DNA of 64,000 bases from NCBI RefSeq assembly GCF_009914755.1, contig NC_060948.1. One strand, 5' to 3'. Below the pieces are notes generated by a model. That model ran no database searches. It was not told the origin of the DNA and saw nothing but the letters and a program-made list of their open reading frames with translations. Shown here piece by piece: positions 35,331 to 50,020 of the stretch; within the stretch, counting starts at the first letter, position 1; every line of letters starts with the position of its first letter. This stretch comes from the human T2T-CHM13v2.0 reference genome, Homo sapiens. The position numbers were made by a program, and so were the translations under genes.

Positions 35331-37110
35331 AGGCATTTTAAAAATTGTATGTTTGTTTAAAAAATGTCATATGAAATGATACATATTTACAACTTAAGGC
35401 GTGATGTTCAACAGGTCATATACATTATGCATTGGATACATCCAGCCAATCAACATATGTGTGACCTCACATAGTTGTCATTTTTGTTGTGAAAAAACTT
35501 GACCTGCACTGTATTCGAATATTTTTAGAGAAAGAATATGTTACCACTAGTTATAGTGAGCATGCTGAAGAAAATATTTTTAACCTATTCCTCCTTTATA
35601 ACTAGAAGTATGAGTTCTTCATCCAGCATCTCGTCAGTGCACCCTCTTCACCGCAGTCATTGGAGTCACTACTTCTGTGAAGTCCGCTTTTTTGATTTCA
35701 TATAAGAATGAGATCATGTGCTATTTTCCTTTCTGATACCTGGCTTATGTCACTTAACAGAATGGCATGCACACATTCAGCAGATTCCCACACATTCTCA
35801 CAACTGGCAGGATTTCCTGATTTCTTATTGCAGCGCATATTTCCGTTGCGCATATGCGTTTTTGCCCCATTTTTTAATCCACTTATCAATGGAGGGACAC
35901 TCAGGTTGCTTCCGCATTTTGGCTACAGCAAAAATGTAATGAGTGCAGCAATAATTGCATGGGTGCGCGCACCGCTTCAACATACTGATCTGTGTACTGG
36001 CGGGCGTGCCCGGGTATTCTGATTTGCTGGATCATATAGTGGGTGGTTCTACTTGTAGATTTCTGAAGGCTGTTTATACTTAAATAAGAGCCATAAAGCT
36101 TCTTTAATGCCAGCACTAATTTACATTCTCCCCAAAAGTGAGCAGGGAATTCGTTTTCTCTGCCTCCTCACCAGAGATTAGGGTTTTCTTTTCTTTCTTT
36201 TTTTTTTTTTGTTTGTTTGTCTTTCGGATAATATGCATTCTGACTGAAGTGAGAAGAAATCTCATTGTGTTTTTGATTTGCATTTTCGTGATGGATTGGG
36301 GATAATGAGGAATTTTTAGTGTGTCTTCTGGGCAACTGTATGTCTCAGTTTCACAAATGAGTCTTCGCAGCCTTCGCCCATTTGTTTTCATGCTATTGAG
36401 TTGTTGGGAGTTCCTTATGTACTGTGACTATTCCCCCATGAACAGATGTATGGTGATCCAATCATTGCTCCCATCCTGTAGGATGCCCCTTCTGTATGTT
36501 GAGTTTTCTATGGTGTGGTGAAGCACTTTAGTTTGATATGATTCCATTCTCTATTTTTGATGGTGTTTACTGTGTTCTTGCAGTCACTTTGAGACCATCA
36601 TTGCACACACGGACGCCATGGAGCTTCTTCCTTGTGATCTCTTCTGCTATTTTTATCGTTTCACATCTGACACTGGAGTTTGGTGATAAATAATCCACTT
36701 GTAAAATCCTTTGTGTGGCTATTCAGATTTCCCCAACCTAGTTTATAGAAGATACTTGATTTTGCATTGGGCGTTCTTGCTTCTTTGGGAAAAGGCTGTG
36801 AGCTGCAAATGCAGTGACTTAGTTCTGGGCTCCTGTTGTTTTTCCTAAGCTCTAGTCTCTGCTTTTCTGCCAGTGCTATTGTATTTTGGTACAAAAAGTT
36901 TTGTAGTAGTATATCATGAAGTTAGGTAGTGGGGTGGCTCCAGCTTTGTGCTTTTTACTGGATTGCTCTGGGTTTTCAGGATCTTCTGCCATTTCATAGC
37001 AAATTTGGGATTCCCAGATTGTTTTCTAAGAAGAATGTGTCATTGATATTTTTAAAGGGGTTGTATAGAATCTGAGGATGACTCAGGTAGTAGTGATGTC
37101 AATGCCGTTT
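35331..37110 (-). mobile_element. L1 3' portion, unit 2
   Basis: Copy of 15050-16830. Confidence 0.9.
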
Positions 37111-37151
37111 AGACAATGTGCGTGTTTGTGTGCACATGCTCAGGGCCAAGA

Positions 37152-38570
37152 GACACTGGGTGTCCTCACCAATACTGAGGTGGGCCTTAATATCCAGCCA
37201 GATTGCCTTCTGGAAACACACGGAATGTCCTGTTCTGTTTTGCCATCTCTTCACATTTCCTCCCCTGTGAGCCCTGTGTGGTCCTCCAGATTCCCTGTGC
37301 GGTGGCCTGCCTTTTTTGGGGTGGGGAGTTGCTGGGTGAATGAGGATGGCGGAGGGAACCAAGTATGTCAGTGGAGCGTGGTGTCATCCAAACGGTACTT
37401 AGCAGGCCTGGGAGAGTCATTCTGGGAGGACGCAGACCTAGAGAGGCCTCAGGTGGGCATCTGTGTGGAGGGTGAGAGATCCCTGGTTGAGCCCAAACTG
37501 AACCCCAGGTAGAAGCAAGCCTCAGGACAGGGAAGTAGCTAGCAAGGGATGATGAGGCAGCTATCTCTTGACCCTGGCTTCCCACCCATTGACCTTAGCT
37601 ACTTATGCCTATTAAGCAGATTACGGTTCCCCCATCGTGAAATGTGGGTACCACAGTTCCCTGATGGGCATTTCTCCACCAGCCCATGATGGCCTGAGTT
37701 TCCTTACTGCAGTCTCCTCCCTGAGCCTTGGCTTCTCTATGTGTGTCCTAACTCCAGGACCCACAGGCCTGTCAACCCCCAGCCCTGGGCTGCTTCCCTG
37801 GCCTCTTCTCTGTTCCCTCTCTGAGGGCCTAACTCCCTTGGGTAGTGCTGCAGAATATAGAGCCACAGGCCCTGGCTGATGATCTGGTGGACTGGGCAAA
37901 TTGGTCGTGACAGGTCAGGTTCTGGTTCAAAGCCAATTCCTCCGATGCCAAGGAATGTCGAAGAAGGTCCTTTGCCATGATGCCCCATAGCTGCCCCACC
38001 TCAGCAATCGTGCCGTAACCTGGGCCCTCACAGTCAGACAACCAGCTGAAGAAGCTCAGGCAGTGACCTGCGGGAAACTCGGGCTTTCACCTGCATGACC
38101 CTAGAACCACTGGACTGCAGTGGAGCCAGTCGCCCTGTATCCTGGAGGGAGACGAGTCAGGAAGGCGCACGCCAGGCCCAGCTCCCGAGGTACTACCCCC
38201 TGTACTCCTCAGGGAGGATGCCAACGCAATACTCCTTAGTCATCACTTTGTTTCCGAAGTAAATGTTGTGATGAAAGGCAAACTTCTTCCTACCCCTTGT
38301 ATTCAGGGTGGCCGAGTTCCTCCACCTGCCTGTCCAAGAAGGAGAAACAGGGCTGTGAAGGGGCAATTTCATCTAGGTGGGCTGAGGTGGCATTCTAGCC
38401 GGGGTGAAGCATGCGTTTCCCCTTCCCAGCTTTCCCGCTGAGACACACCTGAGCCCCAGAAGACCTCAACCTGACCAGGACCTTAGCACCCTCCCCCAGA
38501 CCCAGGCTTTCCATCCTGACCTGCAAATCCAACATGCAGCTTTGAAGGACTTTCTCATGGTTTCTGAGCT
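37152..38570 (-). pseudogene. Second TSPY-like relic, unit 2
   Basis: Copy of 16872-18290 at offset ~+20280. Confidence 0.85.
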
Positions 38571-40615
38571 CCTTGCTCTCACCAGAAAGAATCAGAACTT
38601 TTAAAGTGTTCTTTATGCCAACTTAAATTTTTCATTTTTACTACCTCATGTTTTGGATGAGGCATGTATTTTTAAATTTATTTTCACCCTTATTGTACCT
38701 CTATGATAAACTGCTTGCTTACATTCATACCGTAATTATCTCTCAGGTTACTTGTCTGTTCCTAAAGATTCACTGAAACGAAGAATTCTATATATGCTTG
38801 TATCTTTCAGCAACCGTATGTCAGATAGCACTGCACATTACTGCAGACATCGCATATACAGGTCCAAAGGTAGAGGAAGAAGAAGAAAGCAAGCGTTAAA
38901 CTCTATTCATTCCTAAAAGCATATCAGAAACTCACAAATAACAGTGAAATCAAAGAATGATCACAGCCAATTCCATTACATACCTAGACTGAAATACGAA
39001 ACTTCAAAGAAAAGAAACATTAGAACTTTGGGTTTGTAAAAATTTTCCTATATAGATAAAATTATTGGTAACTGTGTCTCACTAGAAAACGTAAACAAAA
39101 ATCCATGTTTTTCATATTTGTAAATATACATAGTTTTATTTCCATCAGTTATGACATGCAAGCAAGTAATAAAGTGAAAGTACAATCAAATGATATATGG
39201 AACTTCCTCAGTCTTAAAATATTCCATGGAGACTATCAATTTTATGAAAACTATAAAGAATGCTTCATGAAACTACATTGTACAGTGCCATTTACTATTT
39301 TACTGACATTTTAAATAATCAACAATTAAAGGGAATACGTCAACATTATTTAATACCAATAACGTTATTTTTCTTGAGTAATCCTGTTGAAATTAAGGAT
39401 TTTAAATAAAACATTAAAAACAAATTATATTGACTGATTTCAGCTTTGGATGAAATCATACTTGTGTATTTGTAGTAATGCGAAGCATAACTTTCTCCTC
39501 ACAATTAATCTTTTATAACATCGGTGTTATAGTTTTCTCTGACACCAACATTGTGATATCGCACAGGTTTACTGCATGCATGCATTACATGCCTCCAGAG
39601 AGTAGGCTTCAAATATATGGAAAAATTATATTTATGAAAAAATTCTAGGAAAGGGAATGGTGAAATGGAAGAGAATTTCTCACTTGCTAACTGTTGGACA
39701 TGGATTTGTATATATTTGGATATAGACACATACTGGCACACTGTGAGTTTGCCCATGTATATATACACTTATATGAGAAACCCATAATATATGGGTTGTG
39801 TAATCTTTTAATTAATCCATAATTGTATGTGTGTGAAATTAGATAAGCGGTTACCTTTTCTTTACTCAATTTGATGGAAAGCCAAAAAACTCTGTCCACC
39901 TTCATTTCAATTAATCCAATACTGTTAACTGCTGGTAGCTTCATTCTCCTTGTTCTCTTACGGCAACCGGAAAGTTAATTCTCGCTCTAATTTGGCTTTC
40001 AAGGTGCGATCAACAAGAGTGTCACCTTGCTGTGGATTGTGACCTCTGACTCCACCTCTGTCTTCCTTTTGCAGTCCTACCTTTGCATAGGTAACAAACT
40101 TTGTACATGGTTAAAAGGATAAAAGTTCAGTGAAATGTCAAGCCATGCTGTGAAATGTTCCATAGTTTCTATATCTCTAATTGTCCTTTGATGTTATAGA
40201 GGCAAGAAAAATAATTCAATGTTTTTCTTAGTATCTAGTCCAATGCACTCTTTCTTCATAATACTGCAAACAAGGCACTGACATGGAAACGTGGCTGGAC
40301 GTCTCAAAATCTCTTCTCATTAATTACCATTATGTTAATCACTGTTGCCCACAACTGGAATTGGACTTTGAAATCCCCTGGTGGAAATTGCTATAATGGC
40401 TCAAACTACTGGAAAGACTATCTTTTTTTTACCTGAAAATATCTGATGAGCATAGACGTATGCTATATACAGGAACATATTGTACATTAACAACATACCA
40501 TCACTGCCACTCAATAATAGGTATCCCAAACCTTTGAGCCAAACTGAGCTCGGGTGCTCCCACAAACCAAGCTTTTCCCTCCACAGATTTCTTATGTCAA
40601 AAAGCCACAACTCCA

Positions 40616-41284
40616 GGCCAGGCTTCGTGGCTCTTGTTGTAATTTCTACATTTTGGGAGGCCGAGGTTGGTGGGTCACTTGAGGTCAGGAGTTGGAGACC
40701 AGCATGGGCAACATGGCAAAAAGCTGTCTCTACCAAAAATACAAAAATTAGCCAGACCTAGTGGCACTTTCCTGTGGTCCCAGCTACTTGGGAGGCTGAG
40801 GCAGGAGAACCACCTGAACATGGGTGGCAGAGATTGTATAGTAAGCCAAGATCAGACTACTGCACTCCAGCCTGGATGACACAGCGAGACCATGACTGAA
40901 AAAAGAAAAAAAAAAAATAAAGGCAACTCCACTCGTCCACTGGCTTAGGTAAAAAGTACTGGAGTTGGCTGGGCTCGGTGGCTCACACCTGTATTCCCAG
41001 CACTTTGGATTTTGGGAAGCTGAGTCGGGCGGGTCACCTGAGATCTGTAGTAGGAGAGCAGCCTGGCCAACATGGTGAAGCCTGGCTTCTACTAAAAATA
41101 CAAAACATTAGCTGAGCGTGGTGATGCATGCTTGTAATCCCAGCTACTGCAGAGGCTGAACCTGGGAGGCGGAGGATGTGTTGAGCCGAGATCCTGCCAC
41201 TGCGCTCCAGCCTGGTCTACAGAGCGAGAGTACCCTGTGAGAAACAAAGGTGAAGAGAACAAGAAAAAAAAAATGAGAAAAATA
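40616..41284 (+). mobile_element. Two tandem Alus, unit 3 (40616-40921, 40967-41284)
   Basis: Copies of 53-355 and 401-718. Confidence 0.92.
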
Positions 41285-41379
41285 AGACCCACTGCAAAAG
41301 GTTGCCACAGAAAAGATTAAACATTTCAGCAACTTCTATCTTCTGTCATGGAAGCCAAGGTTATTTGGACCAAACCTCC

Positions 41380-41732
41380 TGTCTTAGTTCATTTTCACGC
41401 TGCTGAAGAAGACATACCTGAAACTGGGAATAAAAGGAGGTTTAATTGGACTGACAGTTCCACATGGCTGTGGAGGCCTCAGAATCATGGTATACGAATA
41501 AAGGCACTTCTTACATGGCAATGCCAAGAGAGAATGAGGAAGAACCTGAGGCAGAAACCCCTGAAAAACCCATCAGATCCCGTGAGACTTCTTCACTGTC
41601 ACAAGAATAGCATGAGAAAGACCGACCCCCATGATTCAATTACCTCCCCCTGGGTCCCACCCGCAACACGAGGGAATTCTGGGAGATACAATTGAAGCTG
41701 AGATTTGAATGGAGACACACCAAACCATGTCA
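41380..41732 (-). mobile_element. THE1 solo LTR, unit 3
   Basis: Copy of 814-1166. Confidence 0.9.
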
Positions 41733-44700
41733 CTTCCCAAACAATTAAAAATTCCCAATAGAAGAAGCATTAATTATATCAAAAAGTGGTGGACCAAGAA
41801 GGAACTATTAGCCTCATATCTCAAGAAAGACTCCAGTCAAGGCCTAGGGACTACTCATGAAAAGAGTTTAATAGCCGACTCTCTCCCAGTGGATCTGGAT
41901 TCCACCGGACTGTATCTTCACAGTAAGGGTGAAACAGAAGCAAACCCATTCCTATTTCCAAGCTCAAGGAACTTTGGTCAAAGTTCTCTTGGAGCTGAGC
42001 AGAACAAGGAGGCAAACAGAAAAGATTTGTGTCCCTAAGAAGTCATGGCCACAGGCTGGCTATCACACAGATTGTCAAGCCAGTTCCATATTGCATGGGT
42101 ATTACAGAAAATCTCAAAACATAAATTTGTGTGTGGGTTGTCCCAGAGTAGCAGGATCTGGCAGAAGGAAATTTCCTTCTAACCCTCAAAGAATCCACAT
42201 AAATCTTGTTACATTTGGGATTTTACGATTTGCTTCAGGAATGAGAATGGCCTTAATTTTCATATCTTTTTCTACACTCAGTTTATGTCTTGTTGGCGTC
42301 AAAGTTCTGCTTGCTTCACACAATGAGTTTAGGATTTTCCCTTTTTTATTCTATAGAATTCTTCATATATATTGAAATGCTCTGCCTGGGGAAAAAAATC
42401 TGAGCCTAGCGTTTTATCTCTAGGAAGAATCCTTTATTTCCTTGAACATTTATGAGACTATACAGATTATATATGTCTTCTTGTATCAATTTTACTAAGC
42501 TATATACATAGCTTATGTTTATATATTATATATATAAATGTAAGATACAAATATAAAAATTATGTATAAATATGAAAATATATATAGAAAGCGATATATA
42601 TGTCTATATATATAGACAGATTATAAATATCTGTCTATTTGACCTAAGTTTTCAAATTTGTAGGTTAAGGTGTTAACGATATTTCCTTATTAGCTTCTTA
42701 ATCTATGCTGTATCTATGGTTGTGTACCTTTTAAATTCTTAGTTTTATCTATGTTTTCTCCCTTTTTTTCTAAACTTGACTGACGGTTGCATCACTTATT
42801 ATATTTCTCCAACAAGCAAAGGTTAGCTTTGTATGTTTTACTAATTTTGTCTACATCATTATTCCCACACTTTAGTTTTTCAGAATTGATTCTGTTGTTT
42901 CTTTTCTAATTCTTTATTGAAATATCTAGTACATTAATTTTCAAGTTATTAGAGAAATATTTGTCTGTAAACTCCTATTGTAATATCACTTTTCTTGCTA
43001 CTCACAGATTTAATCTTTAATATTGGCGGTATCATTGAGTTCTAAGTACATTTCAATTCCTAGTATGATAATCTATGAATTGCTGAGAAATAGTGTTTAC
43101 AATTTTGTTGTTCTATTTCCACTTAAGTTTATTTTTACTTCTGCTAACTCAATTGAAAATTCTTTACTAATTTTTAAAATCCTTGAACCCAAGAGATGGA
43201 GGTTGCAGTGAGCTGAGATCAGGCCACTGCATTCCAGACTGAGTGACAGAGTGGAACGAGATTTCAAAACAAAACAAAACAAAACAAAACAAAACAGTCA
43301 CTGGAAAGATAATAAAATACATAAATGTGGGATGTAATATGTAATCGTGATAAAATAAACTGGATTTTTTGTATAAGTTATACATATAAATGTAATGCCA
43401 AGACACTGATAAGACAACTCATGGTCTTATCTCAATACTTAGTGTCTTCATGTAACATATGTCCTTTAGGATAGTTATAGTCCGTTTTCTTTCCAGGAGA
43501 GACAGATGAGAATGCAGAAATGTTAAAGTGCAAGGGACGGAAGCTTCCAGCTGTGCCCACCTGTAACCTGACGTAGACAGTTCCACCGTTTGCTTCATTA
43601 ATCATGCCAAAGGCTCTAATGCAAATGTGGTACAGAGTCACATGTTTTTGTATCTACATGATAGAAACTATAACTTCATCCCTATATAGAAGGGTATATA
43701 GCATATGCCTCAGTGATAAATATAAGTGAATCATTGATCAGTAGGAAACCATTTTAAAAGTCTTTCATAACAGAACAAAATCCCTGAAAACATTTTCTTC
43801 TCAATCTCTGAGTTTTCTTACACGGCTTATGAATCTCTAGCCATACTAAAGAGATAGTATGCTGCTCTTCCCACAAATTATTCATTGTATATAATTCCTG
43901 TAATCTAATAACAGTACCTTTACACCTCAGGGTTTAAAATGACTCCAACCTTTTTCTGTTTCTCCAATTAAAATAACTTTTTTAAGGTTTAATCTTCAGT
44001 AATTTTTTGTAGTAATATTTTTGAAGGTATTTGACCAGGATGATTTGCTTATATACCTACCTGACGTCTCCCTTTCTTCTGAATACATATTTTATTAACC
44101 ACCTATTAGATCTAAGTTTAAGAAGTTGGAATAGGGATTTAAATCTAAATTCTACATTTGAATTTACAGGAGTCAGCGAGTCCGGGAAGTGCCTTTATGC
44201 ACAGACCAATATCTGGCAATGGCACTAGGAGACAAATAAGCTTTACCAGTCTCAAAGCCCTGGCTACTACAGTGAATCCACCCTTCTCCTGGATCTTATC
44301 TACTTCAGCAAAAGAAGGCCACCCACTAAACCAGGCCCTTGTACTTTGGGTGGAAACTCCTAAGTCCTCTAGTCTCCTCAAACAGACAGCCAGGCTGCCA
44401 ATTTCCACAATAATAATTTCTATAGCACTGAGTCTTTGGTAGCCTTGTAACTATAGCTACTGATGCTACAGTCTGGTCCCTGTATGATAAAACACCAGAG
44501 CAACAGAAACAAAAATATTGACTGAAGCCTTCTAAAATCTCTCTAAATATACCTTCAATAAATATGGTTTTTTTTACAGAACGACTGCTTTCAGCTTCCT
44601 GAACTAACGCTTGGCCTTCGCTAGTTGTCACTGTTGAAATTGATTCAAAAGTGTACATTTAACATGAAAGTCAACACAGAATTTCATGTGTCAGCAACTA

Positions 44701-44954
44701 AAATTTTCAAAATGTTGCAAAATACAAATGTGAAACTGTATTTGTGAAATTTACCATTCATTGAAATTATATTTTCATACCTACCCAGGCACAGAATTTT
44801 TTATAACTGTCTGCATGTTCTCCTCATGTGGGGGAAAAGCAGCATCAGCAGGCAGAGGAATCCTTTGAAGCTGGAGGGAGAGGTTGCAGTGATCTGAGAG
44901 TTTGCCACTTGACTGCAGCCTGGATGACACAGTGAGACTCCAACTGAAAAGAAA

Positions 44955-44991
<37 letters not shown>

Positions 44992-45066
44992 CCAAAATTG
45001 ATAAGTAAAAAAAAAATCCATATTCGAAAACATGCTCACAGGCTATCTCCCATATCTAACACACAG

Positions 45067-45102
<36 letters not shown>

Positions 45103-45530
45103 ACAATTCCTTGAAAACGAAAGTTCCACAAGGGCAAAAGAAGAAAACAAATTTAACACCCCCCAAAGAAAGTACAAAGAGTAACCTCAAAAGAACCGCA
45201 GGGGAAAACAATTCAAAATTTACAAGTATCTACCCTAAAAGAAGCTGAAAGTCCCTCAAAAACTTTCCAGAGGCCATGTCCTTGTATTACAAAAATGATC
45301 ATAAAAACTGGCAGGAGTAGACGAATAGAAATGCATCTTAAAACTTGCTAAACCCTTCAAGTCTCCCATAAGAATTGTAATGGAAAATGGATCGGTCGGC
45401 AGCTTTTTCCATACAATTATGAACAAATTATATTTCTTCATACATAGATTTGTTTTTTCAATATTCTAAGGAATTAACTTTTATATTAATAGTAGGTGAT
45501 GTAAGAAAGCAGGCCTTTATCAAGATAACT

Positions 45531-48463
45531 GACACTGGATGTCCATACCATTACTCAGGTGGGCCTTAATTCCCAGCCGGGTTCCCTCCCTGGACACACA
45601 CTGAAGGTCCCCAGCCATTTGGCAATCTCTTCACATTCCCAGCCCTGGAGGTAGCCCTAAAATACATGTACCTGAAGAAAATAAAACATTGCCTCACACT
45701 GGAGCCCAGTGTGGTCCTCCAGATTCCGTGTGAGGTGGACTAACTTATATGGGAAGGCAGGGCAGCGGGAGTGAGGATGGCAGAGAGGATTACACATGTC
45801 AAGGCAGCCGGGGTCATGGAAACAAAACATGACTGGCCTGGGAGAAACACTGTGAAAGGACACAGACCTAGGTGGGCCTCAGGTGGACATCCTCGTGGAG
45901 AAAAAGGGGGCCCTGGTTGATCTCAAAATGAGCCCCAGGTGGTAGCAGGTCTTACCGCAGGGCAGGGAGCTGGCGAGTAATGATGAGACAGCTATCCCTT
46001 AAGCCCTGCTTGTCACCCACTGACTTTAGCCACATATGCATCATAGTGGCTTAAGGTGCCCCGATCCTGAAATGTGGGTGTTACATGTCCCTGATGGGCC
46101 TCTCTCCCCCAACCCACGGATTGCCTGGGATTGCTCACTGCAGTCTCCTCCCGGATCCTTGGGTTCTCCATGTGGGGCCCAGATCCAGGTCAAAAGGCCT
46201 CTCAGTTCCCAGCCCTTCCCAGCCCTAGGCTGCTCGCCTGGCCTCCTCTCTGTTCCGCCTCTAGGGCTGACCCTCTCTCCATGGGATAGAACTGCAATGG
46301 ATTGAGCCATAGGCCCTGGCTGATGATCTAGGGGACTGCAGAAGTGGGTCCAGGACAGTTCAGGTGACAGTTCAAAGCCAATTCCCCAGAGACCAAGGAA
46401 TGACCAGCTAGGTCCTTTCCCATGATGCCCCACGGCGAACCCCACCTCAGCAATCCTGCCAAAACCCGGGCAGTCATGTTCAGCCAAACAGCTGAATGAG
46501 CTCAGGTAGGAGGTGTACTGCCTGCAGCTGGAGGCTTGACCTTCGTGATCCCAGAACCGCTGGACTGCAGTGGAATGAGACACCCTGTAGCCTGCAGGGA
46601 GAGGAGTCAGGAAGGTTCATGCCAGTCCCACCCTCCCACACACCAGCTCCCCTACCATGCTGGGAGGCATTCCTTACCGAGGATGCCAACACAGTGCTCC
46701 TTCATGATGATTTCACTGTGGAAATAAAGGTTGGGATGAAAGGAAATCATCCTGCCACCGGTAACCGGGATGGCTGAGTTCCTCCACCTGCCGGATCAAG
46801 GAGAAAGAGGATGGATTCAATGGGACCATCTCAACTAGCCGGGCTGAGGTGGCCTACTAGCTGTAGTGAACCATGAGTTTCCCCTTCCCAGCTCTCCCAC
46901 TGAGACAACCCTGGTCCCCAGGGGGACCTCAAACTGACTCAGACACTGGACTCCTCCCACAGACCCAGGCTCCCCAGCCTGACCTGCAAATCCATCACGT
47001 AGCAAAGCAGGACTTCCGCATGCTTTCCGACCCACGCCGACATCTCGTGTGCCAAACAATCTACCTCTGCGCAAGAACTCTCCAGAGGATTGGGTGGGCA
47101 AGCCTCGTGACGCCTTGCAATTTCGCAAGAACACAGACAATGTGGAACAGGGCCATCTCCCAGACATTTGGCCAGTCACCCTTCATTGTTGGCCCTCTAT
47201 CTCTGTCTGGCGAGGAGGCAACGCCACAACTGTGGTGGTTTTTGGAGTGGGTGGACCCCGGCCAAGACGGCCTGGGCTGACCAGAGACGGGAGGCAGAAA
47301 AAGTGGGCAGGTGGTTGCAGCTGAGGGACGGGAGGGACCGGGGGTGGTGTGAGGCGGCTGCTTCTCTGGGTTTCTGAGATGCAGGAGGCCTTTGTGTGCT
47401 GGGTGCTGGACATGCTCCGCTGATGTCCGGGTGTGTGGTGTCCTCTTATCCTAGTCTCCCTGAGGGGTGGGCCTGTCCACCTGAGGGAAGCCTTGTAGTT
47501 AGAAGCCACAGCAGGGTCGTGCCTGGCGCTCTCCAAGGGAATTGCGTGGGTCCAGAGGAAGTTATACAGGCTCAGGGCCTACACGCCTTTGAGTGCAGCG
47601 CCTGCAGTTGGATGAATGCGCATCTGCGGAGCTGGTGCCCGCCGTCAGGTGGTCGGCAGCCCCATGCGCCGCGAACCCGTCTTAAGCACCTTGTGTTTCT
47701 GGGGTGAGCCTGCTGGAAACAGGCACCGAGAGCAGGGGTGGTTCAATGGCTGGTAATGGCATACAGATTCCCCGTCCTCCAGGGACGTTCCCAGGGAAAC
47801 GCGTCCTTCGAATTTGGGCTGTGCGCAAAGGGACCTTGGCGCCGCGATTCTCCCTTGTCAGTGCTGGCCCTGGCTCCCCTTCCCTACCACGTGCTCCCAG
47901 GGCTGCTACAAGCGAGCTGCCCTCACAGCTGCGGGAACGTGGCCTCGGCTCCCACGCTGTCCCCCATCCCCTGCCTCCTGGCTGACCCCACGTGCCTCCC
48001 ACCTGGCTCCTCCCCGCAAACAGCCCCCATACCCCCCGAGGCCCGATGACTATCCCCTGCTGCCCGCCATCCCAAATCGGCAGCCGCAAGGATATGGCTC
48101 TGGCTCACAAGGCGGAGATGCTCTGTGGCCTGGGGCATTCACGGAGCCCAGCTCCAAGTGAAGGACCTCCAGCGAGTCCATTGACGGCCCCGGTGTGCTC
48201 GGTCCAGGGCCAGGCTGTGCCCGCTGGCCCTCCTTCTGCCACCCCACGTCGGGCTCCACCTCAACCACCACCTCCACCTCAGCCATGATGTCTTCCACCT
48301 TCAGCACCGCCTCCTCTTCCAAGGCCGCCTCCTTGCTCTGTACCCCGGCCGTCCTCTCCAGCATTGCCTCCAGCCTGAACACGGTTTTCTCCTGGGTGCT
48401 CCCACAGACCCTGGGCCTGCGCAGCCCAGCCCAGCCCAGCCCATGCCCCGCACCCGTAGGCTC
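45531..48463 (-). pseudogene. FAM197Y: Inverted TSPY paralogue (FAM197Y-type), unit 3
   Basis: Copy of 4968-7900 at offset +40563. Confidence 0.85.
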
Positions 48464-50020
48464 TGGGGGCCCGCTCCCCAGCAGACCCGCTCCCTGCAAG
48501 ACCCACGGGCGTCGCCCTGCTGTGAACCTGGTCCCACACCTACGTGGACCCAGGTTTCCTGAGGAGCTCCGCTGGACCCGCAGATCCCGCACTGGCCAAA
48601 GGGCTCCGGTCCCCAGCAGGCTCAACTGCGCACAGGAGCTCGGGAGCCAGAGGCCCCGGCCCTGGGCTTGCAGAGCCCCACCAACAGGCACCGCAACCGC
48701 TGCTGCGGGTGCGGGAGCCTCTGGGTCGTCAAGGCAGCGCACAACAGCGTGCGCGCAGGCCGACAATGGCCAACCCTGGCGGCTGGCCTCTGGTGTGCCC
48801 AGGGCATAGGACAAGAGGCCCTTTGGAATGCTCCTTGGAGTACAGCATCCTCAGGGAGGAAGCATGGTACTCGGAGCCTCTATTTGCCTCGACCTGTGAG
48901 AGTGTGTGCCGGGGCTCTGGCCTCTACAGCAGATCAATTCCACCTCAGCACCGGCAGGCGACTTTCCTCCCACGTGCCCGCCCCGATCACTTCCCCCAGG
49001 ACACCCCTGCCGCCCTAGCCCCAGCAACCAGAGAGAGTTCTCTGCATCTGCTGTATTACCTCCGTACCATCTACCTGGCCTGCCTAACGAAGAGAGATGT
49101 TTCCTGTGTTCATGACACATAGAGATGTTCATGGCTTGCCACACTGAGGATGTCAGGGCACAGGGCTGCCATGCCCACAATTCCAAAGGCCACGCAGCCC
49201 GCGTGTGCCCGGATGCCTAGCTACCCGGCACAAGCTCCAAGGGCTTCTCGGAGGAGGCTTGGGCAGGGAAGGCGGGGGGTGGGGGGGCTGGAGATGCAGG
49301 CCCGCCAGTGGCTGTGCCGCCCAGGGAGACGCCCACCGCCCTCCCATTGACTGGCCACGACGGGAGGAAGTCGGCCTGGGTGCGGCCCCCCGGCCCTTCG
49401 CGCGCAGTCCCTTAGGGGGCGCCTGGAAGCCCGGCGCATGCGCCCTGAGGGCTCGCTGACCTACCGGGTGCCAGAGAGGCTGCGGCAGGGTTTCTGTGGC
49501 GTGGGTCGGGCAGCACAGGCCTTGGTGTGTGCGAGTGCCAAGGAGGGCACCGCCTTCAGGATGGAGGCTGTACAGGAGGGGGCGGCCGGGGTGGAGAGTG
49601 AGCAGGCGGCTTTGGGGGAGGAGGCGGTGCTGCTGTTGGATGACATAATGGCGGAGGTGGAGGTGGTGGCGGAGGAGGAGGGCCTCGTGGAGCGGCGGGA
49701 GGAGGCCCAGCGGGCACAGCAGGCTGTGCCTGGCCCTGGGCCCATGACCCCAGAGTCTGCACTGGAGGAGCTGCTGGCCGTTCAGGTGGAGCTGGAGCCG
49801 GTTAATGCCCAAGCCAGGAAGGCCTTTTCTCGGCAGCGGGAAAAGATGGAGCGGAGGCGCAAGCCCCACCTAGACCGCAGAGGCGCCGTCATCCAGAGCG
49901 TCCCTGGCTTCTGGGCCAATGTTGTATCCTTCTCAGTGTTTCTTCGGCCTTTCTAGTGGAGAGGTGCTCTCGGGGAAGTGTAAGTGACCGATGGGCAGCT
50001 CGGCGTCGATGTGACTCTTT
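47510..50020. promoter_or_regulatory. CpG island / TSPY promoter, unit 3
   Basis: As unit 1. Confidence 0.75.

Larger units (their letters stand above)
20286..40563. repeat. TSPY array tandem unit, copy 2
   Basis: Near-identical to 1-20285 apart from scattered SNVs and short indels. Confidence 0.98.
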
